Source: Prasinococcaceae sp. CCMP 1430 (lineage: Eukaryota > Plantae > Prasinodermophyta). From it: DNA of 64,000 bases. Under the pieces are notes generated by a model. That model was not told the origin of the DNA, did not search any database, and worked only from the letters and a program-made list of their open reading frames with translations. The DNA is taken from positions 63,929-127,928 of the forward strand of contig RQSC01000021.1 of NCBI GenBank assembly GCA_013416795.1, in the 5' to 3' direction. Positions 34,279-43,706 of the stretch are shown here, piece by piece (the first letter of the stretch is position 1; the number at the start of each line of letters is the position of its first letter). Both the position numbers and the translations under genes were made by a program.

Positions 34279-36234
34279 TCACTTCTTGATCGGCGCTGAA
34301 GGGGCGATAAGCCCCAAGAGGCAGAGCCTGGGCTCGACGGCGCACATCAGGCGCGAGCACACGGATGTACCCGGCGGAATGAGGTAGATGCGGCGACCGT
34401 CGGTGGTCTCGACGAGCCCCGCACGCCCCTTGCGCGCGAAGTAGTCGACGAATTTCGCGAATGCGCGCCGCTCGTGCTCGACGTCGTGGCCGGCGGCGCC
34501 GTTGGCAGCAGCGTCCGGTGCAGGCGCGATGCGGCAGAGGGCCTGCTGGCCCACGCCAGCTCCGGCGCGCGCGACGGTGCCGAGCACGTGGTTGAGGTCG
34601 GCGCGCTTGACCACGTCCAGCGACGACGGCCACGCCCTCGGCTCGTCGAAGCCCACAGCGCGCCGCGACTCGTCCAGCACCACCTCGCAGTGCGCCACCA
34701 AGGCGCCTGACTTGTGCAGGTCAACGTATGTGGGCTCCACATCGGCCATCTTGACGTCGGCGGCGGTCGCGTCCAACCCAGCAGTTGCTGTTGGTGCGGC
34801 AGCGGCGGGGGCTGCCTGAGCAGCGCCAACGGCAGCGGCGGCAGCTGGCGGCGCCGGCGCCAGCCCTGTAGTGGGCGCGCCTGGTCCAGGCGCCGGGGGC
34901 GCGGCCGGCGCTGCTGGCGCGTAGCGATTGGTGAGCGTGCCCTCCCGCGTGGGCAGCACCATGGCGGTGAGCCAGTGCCTTGGCGCGATCTCGAAGCGGT
35001 CGAGCAAACGCACCGCGTGCGATGCGAGCGCCGCACTGCCGAATTCGAGCTGCGCCTCAGGTGGGTCGCCCGGGTGGAACGGCGCGATCACGCGCAAGGA
35101 AGCGGGCTGCGGCGCGCCGTGGTCGGCGAGCGCGCGCCGAAGCGCGCGCTCGTGGTGCACGTCCACGACCCCCACGGGCAGATTGCCGACAGAGACGATG
35201 ACCGCGGGCGGCGCAGCGCCCGAGGCAGTAGCTGCGGGAGCGGGCGCAGGCGGAACCCCTGCAGATGAAGGCGACGGTCGGGCGCCGCCCATCACCGAAG
35301 CACCCGCATGCACAGCGGAGGTAGGAGTCGCACCTGTAGCGAGAACCGGTGTTGCATCGGCGGAGGTCGGTGTGGGCGCGGACTGGGTCGCAGGCGTGGG
35401 TGCGGCAGGCCCGTCCAGGTCGGCCGCTCCGAAGCCGGGCGTCGCTCGCAGCATCGCCGTGACCTCATCAGGGAGCTCCGCGCCCTCGCCACGGGCGCGA
35501 CGGACGAGCGCCGCGAGGTGCCCCTGGGGCATCGCTGCCGCCGCCGTGAGGGCAGCGCGCTCGTCACTGGCTTTGCAATCGTCCCCGCGACTTGTCGCGC
35601 CCGCGACGGAGCGGCGTGCGGCGGCGGCGGCGGCGGCGAAGGGTTGTCTCGAGATCCCGGCGGCAGAGAATGCCGCGCTGAGCTGAGCCTCGAGCCTCGC
35701 GACGACCTCAAACTGAGCCTCGGCAGCGGCGAGTGCGCTGCGATGCGCGCGCGAGGCGTCGGTTCGCGCGGTGGCCACCGAGGCGGCCGTGTCGGAAGAC
35801 TTGACGGGGTGATCGCCACCGAGCGCCGCCAGCGCCGTGGCTTGCGCCCTGTGCGCGCCATCGAGCGCAACCTCGACGAGCCGCTCGAGCGCGCCGCGCG
35901 CAGCATCGGAGAGTGCGGCCTCCGCACCAGATGCAGGCGCGATCAGGCCGCGCAGACGGTCAACGGATCCGACATTTCCATCCTCTAGGAGCAAATCGGC
36001 CGCGCTTCGTCCCCCCACCGTGCCACCGTGCGCAGCAACGGCGAGCAACGTGTCTGCGAGCGCGGCGCCATCGGCGGCGGGCGCGGTGGCGCTGGCGCCC
36101 GCGACCGCCGGGACTGCGTCGGCGGCGATCCGCTCGCGTTGCGCCTCCGGACGCGTGCGCGTGCGCGCGCTGTGCCCTCGCGGCCGCCGGCGGCCGCGCC
36201 ACTGGCCGGCGTTTCGGTTTCGCCTCGGAGGCAA
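34279..36234 (-). CDS. Spen/FPA-like protein with an RRM-like domain and a C-terminal SPOC domain; start uncertain (TTG)
   Basis: RRM-like IVSVGNLP...AQLEFGSAALASHAVRLLD. SPOC: LHKSGALVAHC...WPSSLDVVKRADL...FAKFVDYFARKGRAGLV...IYLIPP...LLGLI. Confidence 0.75.
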   Translation of the reverse strand: MPPRRNRNAGQWRGRRRPRGHSARTRTRPEAQRERIAADAVPAVAGASATAPAADGAALADTLLAVAAHGGTVGGRSAADLLLEDGNVGSVDRLRGLIAPASGAEAALSDAARGALERLVEVALDGAHRAQATALAALGGDHPVKSSDTAASVATARTDASRAHRSALAAAEAQFEVVARLEAQLSAAFSAAGISRQPFAAAAAAARRSVAGATSRGDDCKASDERAALTAAAAMPQGHLAALVRRARGEGAELPDEVTAMLRATPGFGAADLDGPAAPTPATQSAPTPTSADATPVLATGATPTSAVHAGASVMGGARPSPSSAGVPPAPAPAATASGAAPPAVIVSVGNLPVGVVDVHHERALRRALADHGAPQPASLRVIAPFHPGDPPEAQLEFGSAALASHAVRLLDRFEIAPRHWLTAMVLPTREGTLTNRYAPAAPAAPPAPGPGAPTTGLAPAPPAAAAAVGAAQAAPAAAAPTATAGLDATAADVKMADVEPTYVDLHKSGALVAHCEVVLDESRRAVGFDEPRAWPSSLDVVKRADLNHVLGTVARAGAGVGQQALCRIAPAPDAAANGAAGHDVEHERRAFAKFVDYFARKGRAGLVETTDGRRIYLIPPGTSVCSRLMCAVEPRLCLLGLIAPSAPIKK

Positions 36235-36532
36235 CTCTGGTTAGGGTTGTGTTTGGGGTTAGGGTTGGGCGCGTTTCGTGCGTGCCACGTCATGACATGT
36301 CATCACGGGCGCATTGACAAGCCGTGACATCCTCGCTCCGTCGAAGAGCAGGAGCACGGGCAAGGAGCGGCCAGTGCCGTTCGATGCTGGCGTCGGGAGA
36401 TGCTCGAGCGTCTCGGGCGTGCTCGCGGACGACTTGGCCGTGCTGCTGCGCACGTATGTTACGGTGGTCAAGGCGGCCGTGCCGAGATCGCGCACCCATC
36501 GGCCACTGCCTCAAATATCGAGAACCTGCGCT

Positions 36533-37018
36533 CTACTTCGTGTCGGCAGGCGCCTTTGCAGTAGTCTCGGCGGGAGGAGGAGGGGTGGCGTCGGTAGTGG
36601 GGGCACCTCCGAGCGCGGACTGCGCGGCGCCAACGGCGCTCTCTGCGTGCGCCCTGGTGACCTGCTCGCCGCCGGCCTTGTCGATCGCCCCGACGACGGC
36701 CTCCTTGTTTTCCGCGAGCGCTGCCGATGCCGCGCTCTTCATTTCGGCCATCGAGTCATCTCCTCCTGTGGCGGCGCTCCCGCCGCCCTCGGCCTTCTTG
36801 GCACCGCCCATGCCAGGAACGACCTTCTTCACCCTGCCGGGGTCGCGCGCGCGCGCGGGCGTCAGCTGATGGCGCCTGCCCGCCCAGTGGCCCGCCGCGC
36901 CGGGGGCGCGCCGCAAAAATACGGCGTGAAAACAGTCATTGGTGCGCACGATCGTGCCAGCCGCGCTGCTCTGCCACACGCCGCGCCTGCTCACGCACAT
37001 GCCCATGAGCGAGTCCAT
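36533..37018 (-). CDS. Small Ala/Gly-rich hydrophilic protein (106 aa); 2 exons
   Basis: Exons 37018-36999 and 36833-36533. Intron GTGCGT...CTGAC...GGCAG, phase 2. Product MDSLMGMVKKVVPGMGGAKKAEGG...KAPADTK. Confidence 0.6.
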   Translation of the reverse strand: MDSLMGMCVSRRGVWQSSAAGTIVRTNDCFHAVFLRRAPGAAGHWAGRRHQLTPARARDPGRVKKVVPGMGGAKKAEGGGSAATGGDDSMAEMKSAASAALAENKEAVVGAIDKAGGEQVTRAHAESAVGAAQSALGGAPTTDATPPPPAETTAKAPADTK

Positions 37019-37733
37019 GGCTGTCGGCTGTGCGTGCGACGCGGCACGTGCGCGCTGAGGGTCGGAGCGGGGGCGCAGCAGGGGGGCGCCGGCGGGTCGC
37101 AGAAGTGGGCGCTTGTACGCTGCGAGCTGTGCGCGGCGTGTGGCTGGCGCGCGCGTGCGCGATTTTTGTGCCCGGAGCCATCTTGTCGTCGGTTCGACAA
37201 TGCGTCCCAGATTCGCTCGTCCAGACCGCGTCAAAGCGATGCGGAAGGCCATTGAAACTTGGGACCGCGCGCTGCTCGCGCGCTGCCCCCCGGGTGCAGG
37301 GGACAGGTGGCAGATTTTGGCGTCATCGATGGTTTGGATTGATTTTGATACGAGCAACTGCGGATTTGTTGCCACGTCACCAATTCTGTGGTGCCATCAG
37401 ATGGTGGTGCTGCAGCAATTGCACAAATGCGGCCTGCAGCGGCCAGGCGCGGGCGATGGCGCGGGCCGCCGCGCGCCGCGGTGCATGCGCGGCTCTCTCG
37501 CGAGGCGGGCCACACACGCGCGCGCTTGCGCACTGCTTGACTGACGCCACTCACGCAAGCCCCGTCGTCGTCGTCGGCCTCCCCGTCCAGCCTGCCTGCC
37601 CGCGTCACCCTCCCCCTGCGCCGCCTGCCCTCGTTGCTCGACAGCGGGGTCAACCTGGCTGACGCCGGCGCTGTTGGCTGCTGTTGAGATCGACCCTCTT
37701 TGGAATCGCCAGCGGCGGAAGCACCGTCGCGCA

Positions 37734-38489
37734 ATGCTATCGCTCGCGTCCCTTGTCCTCGCATGCTTCCTCGCCGCGCATCCCGCGCAACGCGTGTCAG
37801 CGGCGGACTGCGAGGTTGATTTCACGCCCGCGCAACCCACAGGCAACGCAATCGACTGTGGGGGATGCAACTTCAGACGCGACGCGAATGGAGTGCTGTA
37901 CCGCAACAGAAACGCCGATGGCGGCCTCGCGTGCCCCGGCTGCACCTCGCTGCCTCTGTTCGGCTTCGTCATCACGGGCTTTGCCCCCAACGTCTTTTGC
38001 TCTCTCGACGAGGTGGTGGAGATGGATCTCTCAGACAATGCCATCGGGAGCATCCCGTCGGAACCATTCGAAGAGATGTCCGCGCTGAAGACCCTGAAGC
38101 TGCACTCGAACGGCATGCGCGCGTTGGACAGCAATGCGTTCGACGACCTGAATGAGCTGGTCAACCTGACGCTACACGACAACGTGCTCGAGCCGGCGGG
38201 CGCTGGCATGCCATACGGTCTCTTCGACGACACGAAGGCGCTCGAGAACCTCGAACTGAACGACAACCCCACGCTCAACGGGACGCAGGCTTTCGTGTCA
38301 GGGATTTTCGCCAACTTGCTGGAGTTGACCTCCATTGACATGCCTGAAGATTCGTGCGTCCCTACGGACTCGCCGCAGAATGTACTCGTGGCAATAGCTG
38401 CGAATGATCCCACCCTGCCAGGATGCATCGCGACGCCCGTGTCGCCGCCAACGGACGCCCCCGTCCCTCAACCGGCCGCCTCTGGATGA
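37734..38489 (+). CDS. Secreted leucine-rich repeat protein (typical 24-aa subtype) with a Cys-rich N-cap
   Basis: Signal peptide MLSLASLVLACFLAAHPAQRVSA. LRRs VVEMDLSDNAIGSIPSEPFEEM, LKTLKLHSNGMRALDSNAFDDL, LVNLTLHDN, LENLELNDN. Confidence 0.8.
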   Translation: MLSLASLVLACFLAAHPAQRVSAADCEVDFTPAQPTGNAIDCGGCNFRRDANGVLYRNRNADGGLACPGCTSLPLFGFVITGFAPNVFCSLDEVVEMDLSDNAIGSIPSEPFEEMSALKTLKLHSNGMRALDSNAFDDLNELVNLTLHDNVLEPAGAGMPYGLFDDTKALENLELNDNPTLNGTQAFVSGIFANLLELTSIDMPEDSCVPTDSPQNVLVAIAANDPTLPGCIATPVSPPTDAPVPQPAASG

Positions 38490-38731
38490 TGCGTACGCAT
38501 GACAATGCATGCGGGTCTGAACGCACACTTGACGCCAGCACCCTGTACGGCGTCGACCGCCGACGCGCAACAGCGCTCGCTCTTCTCGAGAGCGCTCCGT
38601 AAGATGCACGCGACTGCGCCGAGCTCTCACGTAGGTAGGGAGCTAGCTAGGGACAGGCCCCCCTCCGTCGCGAAGCAGCTACAGCGTGGTGGGCCTTGCG
38701 CGAGCGGGTTTCGTCGTAGTGTTTTGGGGAT

Positions 38732-41011
38732 TTACTCTGGATTTGCGTTTGCGTTCTCGGCCAGAATCTGTCTCAGCTCAGCGATTGCGAGGTCGACCCG
38801 GGCCGAATCTCCCTGCATTGTGTTCCAGTCCTCAGTCAAGATGTCTAGTCGCTTGTACTTCCTGCGACACTCGTCCAGGCAAGGGATGAAGCCCTCGCAC
38901 ACCATCTGCTGCACGATGACGACAAGCTGCAAAAGCTTCCCGCGTGCGTCAGTCAGCGATACGATAACTTCGTCGACCTCATCGAAAAGCCGCTCCATCT
39001 TGCGGTCGTAGGAGTTCTTGGCCTGGTTGTCATCGCCGTCGTCGGACGCCCGCTTGCCATTCTCAAGAGAGCCTGCTCTGTACTTGCGCATGTTTTGGTC
39101 GTCTTTCGATCCGCTCACCGACTGGATGATGGTGATCTTCTCGCGCAACGCCTCGATGCTGTCGTCGAGCCCATTCTCCAGGTCCCTTATCTTCCGCACG
39201 ACCTCACCAAGGAACATGTCGTGATCCTTCACCACCTCGGTGAGTTCGTGGAACTGAGGCGCGAGCTTCTTACCACACTCGCTGCTGGTCTTGCGCTTCT
39301 TAAAGTCCACCCACTGCTGCGTGAAGTTGGCGCCAATCACCGAGATTGGCAGCGCCAGGATGAGCACCGACACCAGCATGGTGACGGAGGCCACAATCTT
39401 GCCCAGCACAGTCACCGTGTTAGCATCGCCGTACCCGACGGTCATCAGCGTCACCATGCACCACCAGAACGCGTGCGGGATGGACTGGAAGTAGTCGTAA
39501 GTACACAAGTCAACACACCCACCCAGCTCCCCTGTGTAGTTCGCCGGCACGGTCCCCTCGTCTAGGCACCACTGCGCCTCCGCGGGGCAGTCGTGGTGCC
39601 CCTGTTCGGCAAAGTACGCGAGCGTGCTGAAGATGATGATCGACAGCACCAGCAGGAACATCATCATGGCGAGCATGTCCAGACTGTCCACCATCGCGGA
39701 CGACACCACCTGCAGCTTTTCAAACTTGCCGCCGAGCTTGAGGATGCGGAAGACGCGCACGAGTCGCACAATGCGCAGCACTCGCGTGCCCTTCAGATCG
39801 AGCTGTGCCGCCGCCAGCTCGACGTAAAATGGCAGCACTGCGACCACGTCGATCCAGTTCAGGTACGAGCTGAAGAACTCTTTGAAGCTGGGGCACGACG
39901 CGAGCTTGACGGTGAGCTCGATCGTGAATACAACGATGCTAAAGAGCTCAATGTACTCCAGCGACGGAAGCGGCTCCTCGTTCTCGTCCTGGAATTGGCT
40001 CATCGTCTCCATGCAGAAGGTCACGCTGCCTATCATGATTAGCAGCAGGATCAAGAGCGAGATGGCCATGGCCAGCCTGCTCGACTCGGGCTCTGACATC
40101 AGGTCCCACACGCGCACGCGCACGACCTCGAGCAACTGGGCCGTCGGCTTCTTCTCGCCGTCGTCGGTGAGCGACTTTCGAGAAATCTTCATCTGGCCGA
40201 TGTCGTCCTTGCTAAGTCCCTGCACGGACTCTAGATACGCGAGTGTCGGGGCACTCAAGCGCCGCGTCGACATGCCCACCTCTGGCGCTTGCTCGCTCTG
40301 CGTGCTGGGACTTCCCCCACCTGCTCCACCGTCGCGAGCGGTCCCGCCTCCACCGTTGTGCCCGCAATCGTCCTCGCCCCCGCCGTTGGCGCCAAAGGCA
40401 CCGCCGCCGACCTTTGACCTGCGTTGCGTCATGTTCGACACCACCTCGCCCGCGTACTCGTACAAGGCGTACACTCGCTGCAGTTGGCGTGAGCGCTTCT
40501 CCTCGATCACAGCCTTCGTCTCGAGCATCCTCAGCAGGTCGAAGGACACGCGCTGGATCGAGGAGAGCTGCGGGGGGTCACGGTCGCTCTTCGCGCTCGC
40601 CATCGACGGGTCGAAGGCCCCGCCCGCATCTGAGCCGAAGATCGAGCTCGCGCCCCCGGCACCAGCGCTCGAGGGCATGTCGCTCGTGTCGGAGTCGGCA
40701 AGGACTTGCATGGCCGCTTGCCGCACGTGTGTGTCGGTGCTCGATGCGCTGTCCTGCGAGAGCTCGGAGCTGCTAGCATCGCTCACGTTTTCGTTTCGCC
40801 GCCGGCCGAGCCGGCCGAGCATGCCGGCGAAGAAGCCGGTGCTGCGCGAGGCGGCCATACCTCGCCGCGCGTTGGCCTTTGTCTCGCGGGCCTTCACGCG
40901 CTTGTCGAGACGCGATTCCTTTCGGGGGTCTCCCGTCTCCGAGTCGTCCGGTTTGTCAGCAGCCTCCTCCACCGCGCGCTGTATCGCCAGGATGCCCGAG
41001 ACGAACGCCAT
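38732..41011 (-). CDS. Voltage-gated 6TM potassium channel (Kv-like, no evident T1 or cNMP domain)
   Basis: ATG at 41011. S1-S3 helices, S4 RVLRIVRLVRVFRILKLG, pore SIPHAFWWCMVTLMTVGYGD, S6 LILALPISVIGANF, coiled-coil C-terminus. Confidence 0.93.
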   Translation of the reverse strand: MAFVSGILAIQRAVEEAADKPDDSETGDPRKESRLDKRVKARETKANARRGMAASRSTGFFAGMLGRLGRRRNENVSDASSSELSQDSASSTDTHVRQAAMQVLADSDTSDMPSSAGAGGASSIFGSDAGGAFDPSMASAKSDRDPPQLSSIQRVSFDLLRMLETKAVIEEKRSRQLQRVYALYEYAGEVVSNMTQRRSKVGGGAFGANGGGEDDCGHNGGGGTARDGGAGGGSPSTQSEQAPEVGMSTRRLSAPTLAYLESVQGLSKDDIGQMKISRKSLTDDGEKKPTAQLLEVVRVRVWDLMSEPESSRLAMAISLLILLLIMIGSVTFCMETMSQFQDENEEPLPSLEYIELFSIVVFTIELTVKLASCPSFKEFFSSYLNWIDVVAVLPFYVELAAAQLDLKGTRVLRIVRLVRVFRILKLGGKFEKLQVVSSAMVDSLDMLAMMMFLLVLSIIIFSTLAYFAEQGHHDCPAEAQWCLDEGTVPANYTGELGGCVDLCTYDYFQSIPHAFWWCMVTLMTVGYGDANTVTVLGKIVASVTMLVSVLILALPISVIGANFTQQWVDFKKRKTSSECGKKLAPQFHELTEVVKDHDMFLGEVVRKIRDLENGLDDSIEALREKITIIQSVSGSKDDQNMRKYRAGSLENGKRASDDGDDNQAKNSYDRKMERLFDEVDEVIVSLTDARGKLLQLVVIVQQMVCEGFIPCLDECRRKYKRLDILTEDWNTMQGDSARVDLAIAELRQILAENANANPE

Positions 41012-42268
41012 CGCTGAAGTCCCGCAGCCGGAGCTCGCCGCGGCGCCTGTCACGCGTGCGCGCCCTCAGGCGCGCGCTCAAGGTGGGCGCGCGCCCGGTT
41101 GCCGCTGCCGCAGCCCACGCGGCGGGCGCCCTCGCAGGGGCCGCGGTCCGGCCGGGACGCCCTTGGCCAGGCCGAGCTATCAGTCTCGTCACTCTCGAGG
41201 GAGAATCCCACTCGATGGCGCGGGCGCCCGCGTCTGTCCCTGACCCGCCGCGCGCCACCCAGGCACTCGCCTCGCGGCTGTTTTGCTCCCCGGCCCGCCC
41301 GCCCGCTCCCGCTCCGGGAGGAGGCCAGCACCGACAGGCGGCGGCCGCCGCCCCGCGTTCACGCGCCGTTGGCCCTCCCCCCCCGCCCCTCCCCTCCCAC
41401 GCGTGCGCAGTGCGGCGCGCATGAGCTGGTAGCGCCGCGCCGGCCGCCTCCCCCCACCCACGCGAGCTCAGCACCCCCGCCCTCCCTTCCCCGCGCCCCC
41501 TCGCTTGCGCGCCGGCGTTCGCCCCGCTGGCGGGGCGCGCCGCGGCGCGGGCGTTCCTTCTCCCCCCATGCACAGAGTATGCCGGCCAGGCGACGGCGGC
41601 GTGTGTTCCGCTTGCGGTCGCGGCCGCAGGCCCGGAGAAAGGCCCCCTCTTCGCCCCGCCCCCTTTTCGCGCGGCGGTTGCGGGTCGCGGCTCCGAATTC
41701 GGCTGCGCTCCGCTCCGCGCGCCCCTTCGCGGCCGACGCACGCACGCCGGCGCTGTCGGGCCCGCGCACCCCACCCACACCCAAGCTGGTGCACACCCTT
41801 TTTTTGGTTTTGTTTTGTTTTTTGGCACCCCTCCGCCGCATGCGAATGGCCGTCCAATCGAGGTCGAACGCGACTGGGTGGGAGGAAGCAACGCAACGCA
41901 ACGACTCTTTTTTTTTTTTTTTGGCCGCGCGGCAGAGCGACGTGATGCGTGGATCGCCACCGCCTCGTGTCCGGACTGGAAGATGGAAATTCGCTCGCGC
42001 GGGCCGCCAGGTTGTTAGTTCTCGCGTCGATGCGTGCGCGGCGGCGGGCGGCGGCGCACGCCACACGGCGAGCGGCACGCGCCAAGCGCGAGAGAGAGAA
42101 GAGAGAGGGGGGGGGGAAGGGGGGCTCGGGCCCTCGGAAACTACTTGCTGTCGCTCGCGTGCTTCCGCCACCGTCGCCGGCGGCGGCGGTGGCGGCGGGC
42201 GCGGGCAGCGGCGCTGCGCGGGCGCGGGCGCGGACGAGAGCAGGGGGCACGCGCTGCTGCCGAGCGGG

Positions 42269-43477
42269 ATGGACGGCGGCATGGGCGAGGCGGTCGGAGG
42301 CGCTCGAAGGGCGGCGTCAGGCGCCGCCGACGCCCTCATTCACGCGGGTGCGCCGCTGTACGCGGCCCTCGATGCGTCAGGCCAACAAAAACCACGCATG
42401 GTTGGCAGCGCGGCGGCTGCCGCGGCCGCAGCGCTCGCGCCGCTCGCCCCGCTCGCGGTGCAGACGGCAGCGGGCGCTGCGGCATATGGCGCCACGCTCG
42501 CGGCCGCCCAGGGCGCAGCCATGGTCCTGAGGCTCTCCTGCGCGACGCCTGTGCTCGGCCCCGCAGCGGGAGCAGCCGCAGTGTGCACTGCGTCCGTTGC
42601 GGCTGGGCAGGCAGCCTCCGTCGCTTCCGAGGCGCTGGTGTCCGGCGATGCCGGCGCTGCCGTCGAGCGCCGAGCGCGCGCAATCGCGGTGGCGCTCGAT
42701 CGCACCTCGAGGAGCAAGCAGGCACGCCTGATGCGTGAGGAGCTCGCCACCGACGCCGTTATCGGTGCCGTGGCGTTTCGCCTCTTCGGGGGGAGGCTCC
42801 GCGCGCTTCTCCCCTCGGACCTCGCGCGGCCGGGCGCGTACGCGATGCAGTCCGTCCCTGCAGCGGGTGCGGACTACGCCTCTGACGCCGTCAAGCGGCA
42901 GCTGCACACAATCTATGGCAAGCATGGTTGCCACACCTGCGGGACGAAGAAGAGCCCGATGACTGTCATCGCCGACCACATGCCACCCAATGTGCTTGTG
43001 TACGGTCGCGGCTACAAGAACCCAGACACTGTGCGAGGGCCTCTCGAGCAGCTCTCGCTGTGGTTTAAGGGGGTCACAACGCAGCAGCGCTTCTACCCCC
43101 AGTGCCAGCCGTGCAGCAACGCCCAAGGTAAGGCCCTGCTCAAGGGTGTGCGCGTGCTGAAGATGCACACCATGGACGTGCGCCCCATACTGGCGTCGGG
43201 CGCCGCTGTGGGCACCGCCATCAACTGGTCGCACACGCACAATCCAGCGACGCTTGGGGGGCGGGCTGTGCGGCAGCCAAACCTGCGCAGGCGGCACCAG
43301 GAGGCGTCTCTCTCGCTCGCTCGCTCTCGTGCGCGCACCGAGGGGGGGCAACTGCGCGTCGAGCTCAAGCATGCCATTGCAGGCGCCCTCCGGAGAGTAA
43401 TAGGGGAGGGGGACGCGCCTGCGCGCGGCGGGGCGCGCGAGGACGCCCGCCGACGTCTGCGCGGCCTGCGGTTCTGA
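42269..43477 (+). CDS. Protein with an Ala-rich hydrophobic N-half and a C-terminal HNH-like Zn-finger nuclease domain (polymorphic-toxin type)
   Basis: ATG at 42269, in frame with ORF 41099..43477. Motif GCHTCG...VIADHMPP...QRFYPQCQPCSNAQG. Confidence 0.7.
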   Translation: MDGGMGEAVGGARRAASGAADALIHAGAPLYAALDASGQQKPRMVGSAAAAAAAALAPLAPLAVQTAAGAAAYGATLAAAQGAAMVLRLSCATPVLGPAAGAAAVCTASVAAGQAASVASEALVSGDAGAAVERRARAIAVALDRTSRSKQARLMREELATDAVIGAVAFRLFGGRLRALLPSDLARPGAYAMQSVPAAGADYASDAVKRQLHTIYGKHGCHTCGTKKSPMTVIADHMPPNVLVYGRGYKNPDTVRGPLEQLSLWFKGVTTQQRFYPQCQPCSNAQGKALLKGVRVLKMHTMDVRPILASGAAVGTAINWSHTHNPATLGGRAVRQPNLRRRHQEASLSLARSRARTEGGQLRVELKHAIAGALRRVIGEGDAPARGGAREDARRRLRGLRF

Positions 43478-43706
43478 CTGGCGCGCTGTCGCTTGGTGTG
43501 CGCGACCGACTTGGCGATGCTCCTGTACTATATAATGTACTGTACACGATGACGAACCCATTGTCGCATCATTATCGACACACACGCGTCAGTGTCAGTT
43601 CCCAACCTCGGGGCCGCCCTGCCCGCGGCGCCGCTTGCGCGCCAACCGCCGCTCGCGCCGCATTAGTCGCAGTCGCTCCTGCACGAGCAGCACGCGATCC
43701 GCAGCC

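Noticed and set aside
36240-36269. Short TTAGGG / AAACCCTA telo-box-like motifs (also ~18903, 19384, 32555, 55735)
   Set aside because: They have only one or two units. They could be telo-box promoter elements, but enrichment cannot be shown by eye.
41099-42268. R/P-rich 390-aa N-terminal extension of the HNH-like ORF
   Set aside because: GC-rich intergenic sequence with poly-T runs. Stop codons are rare at this GC content, and a credible ATG lies at 42269.
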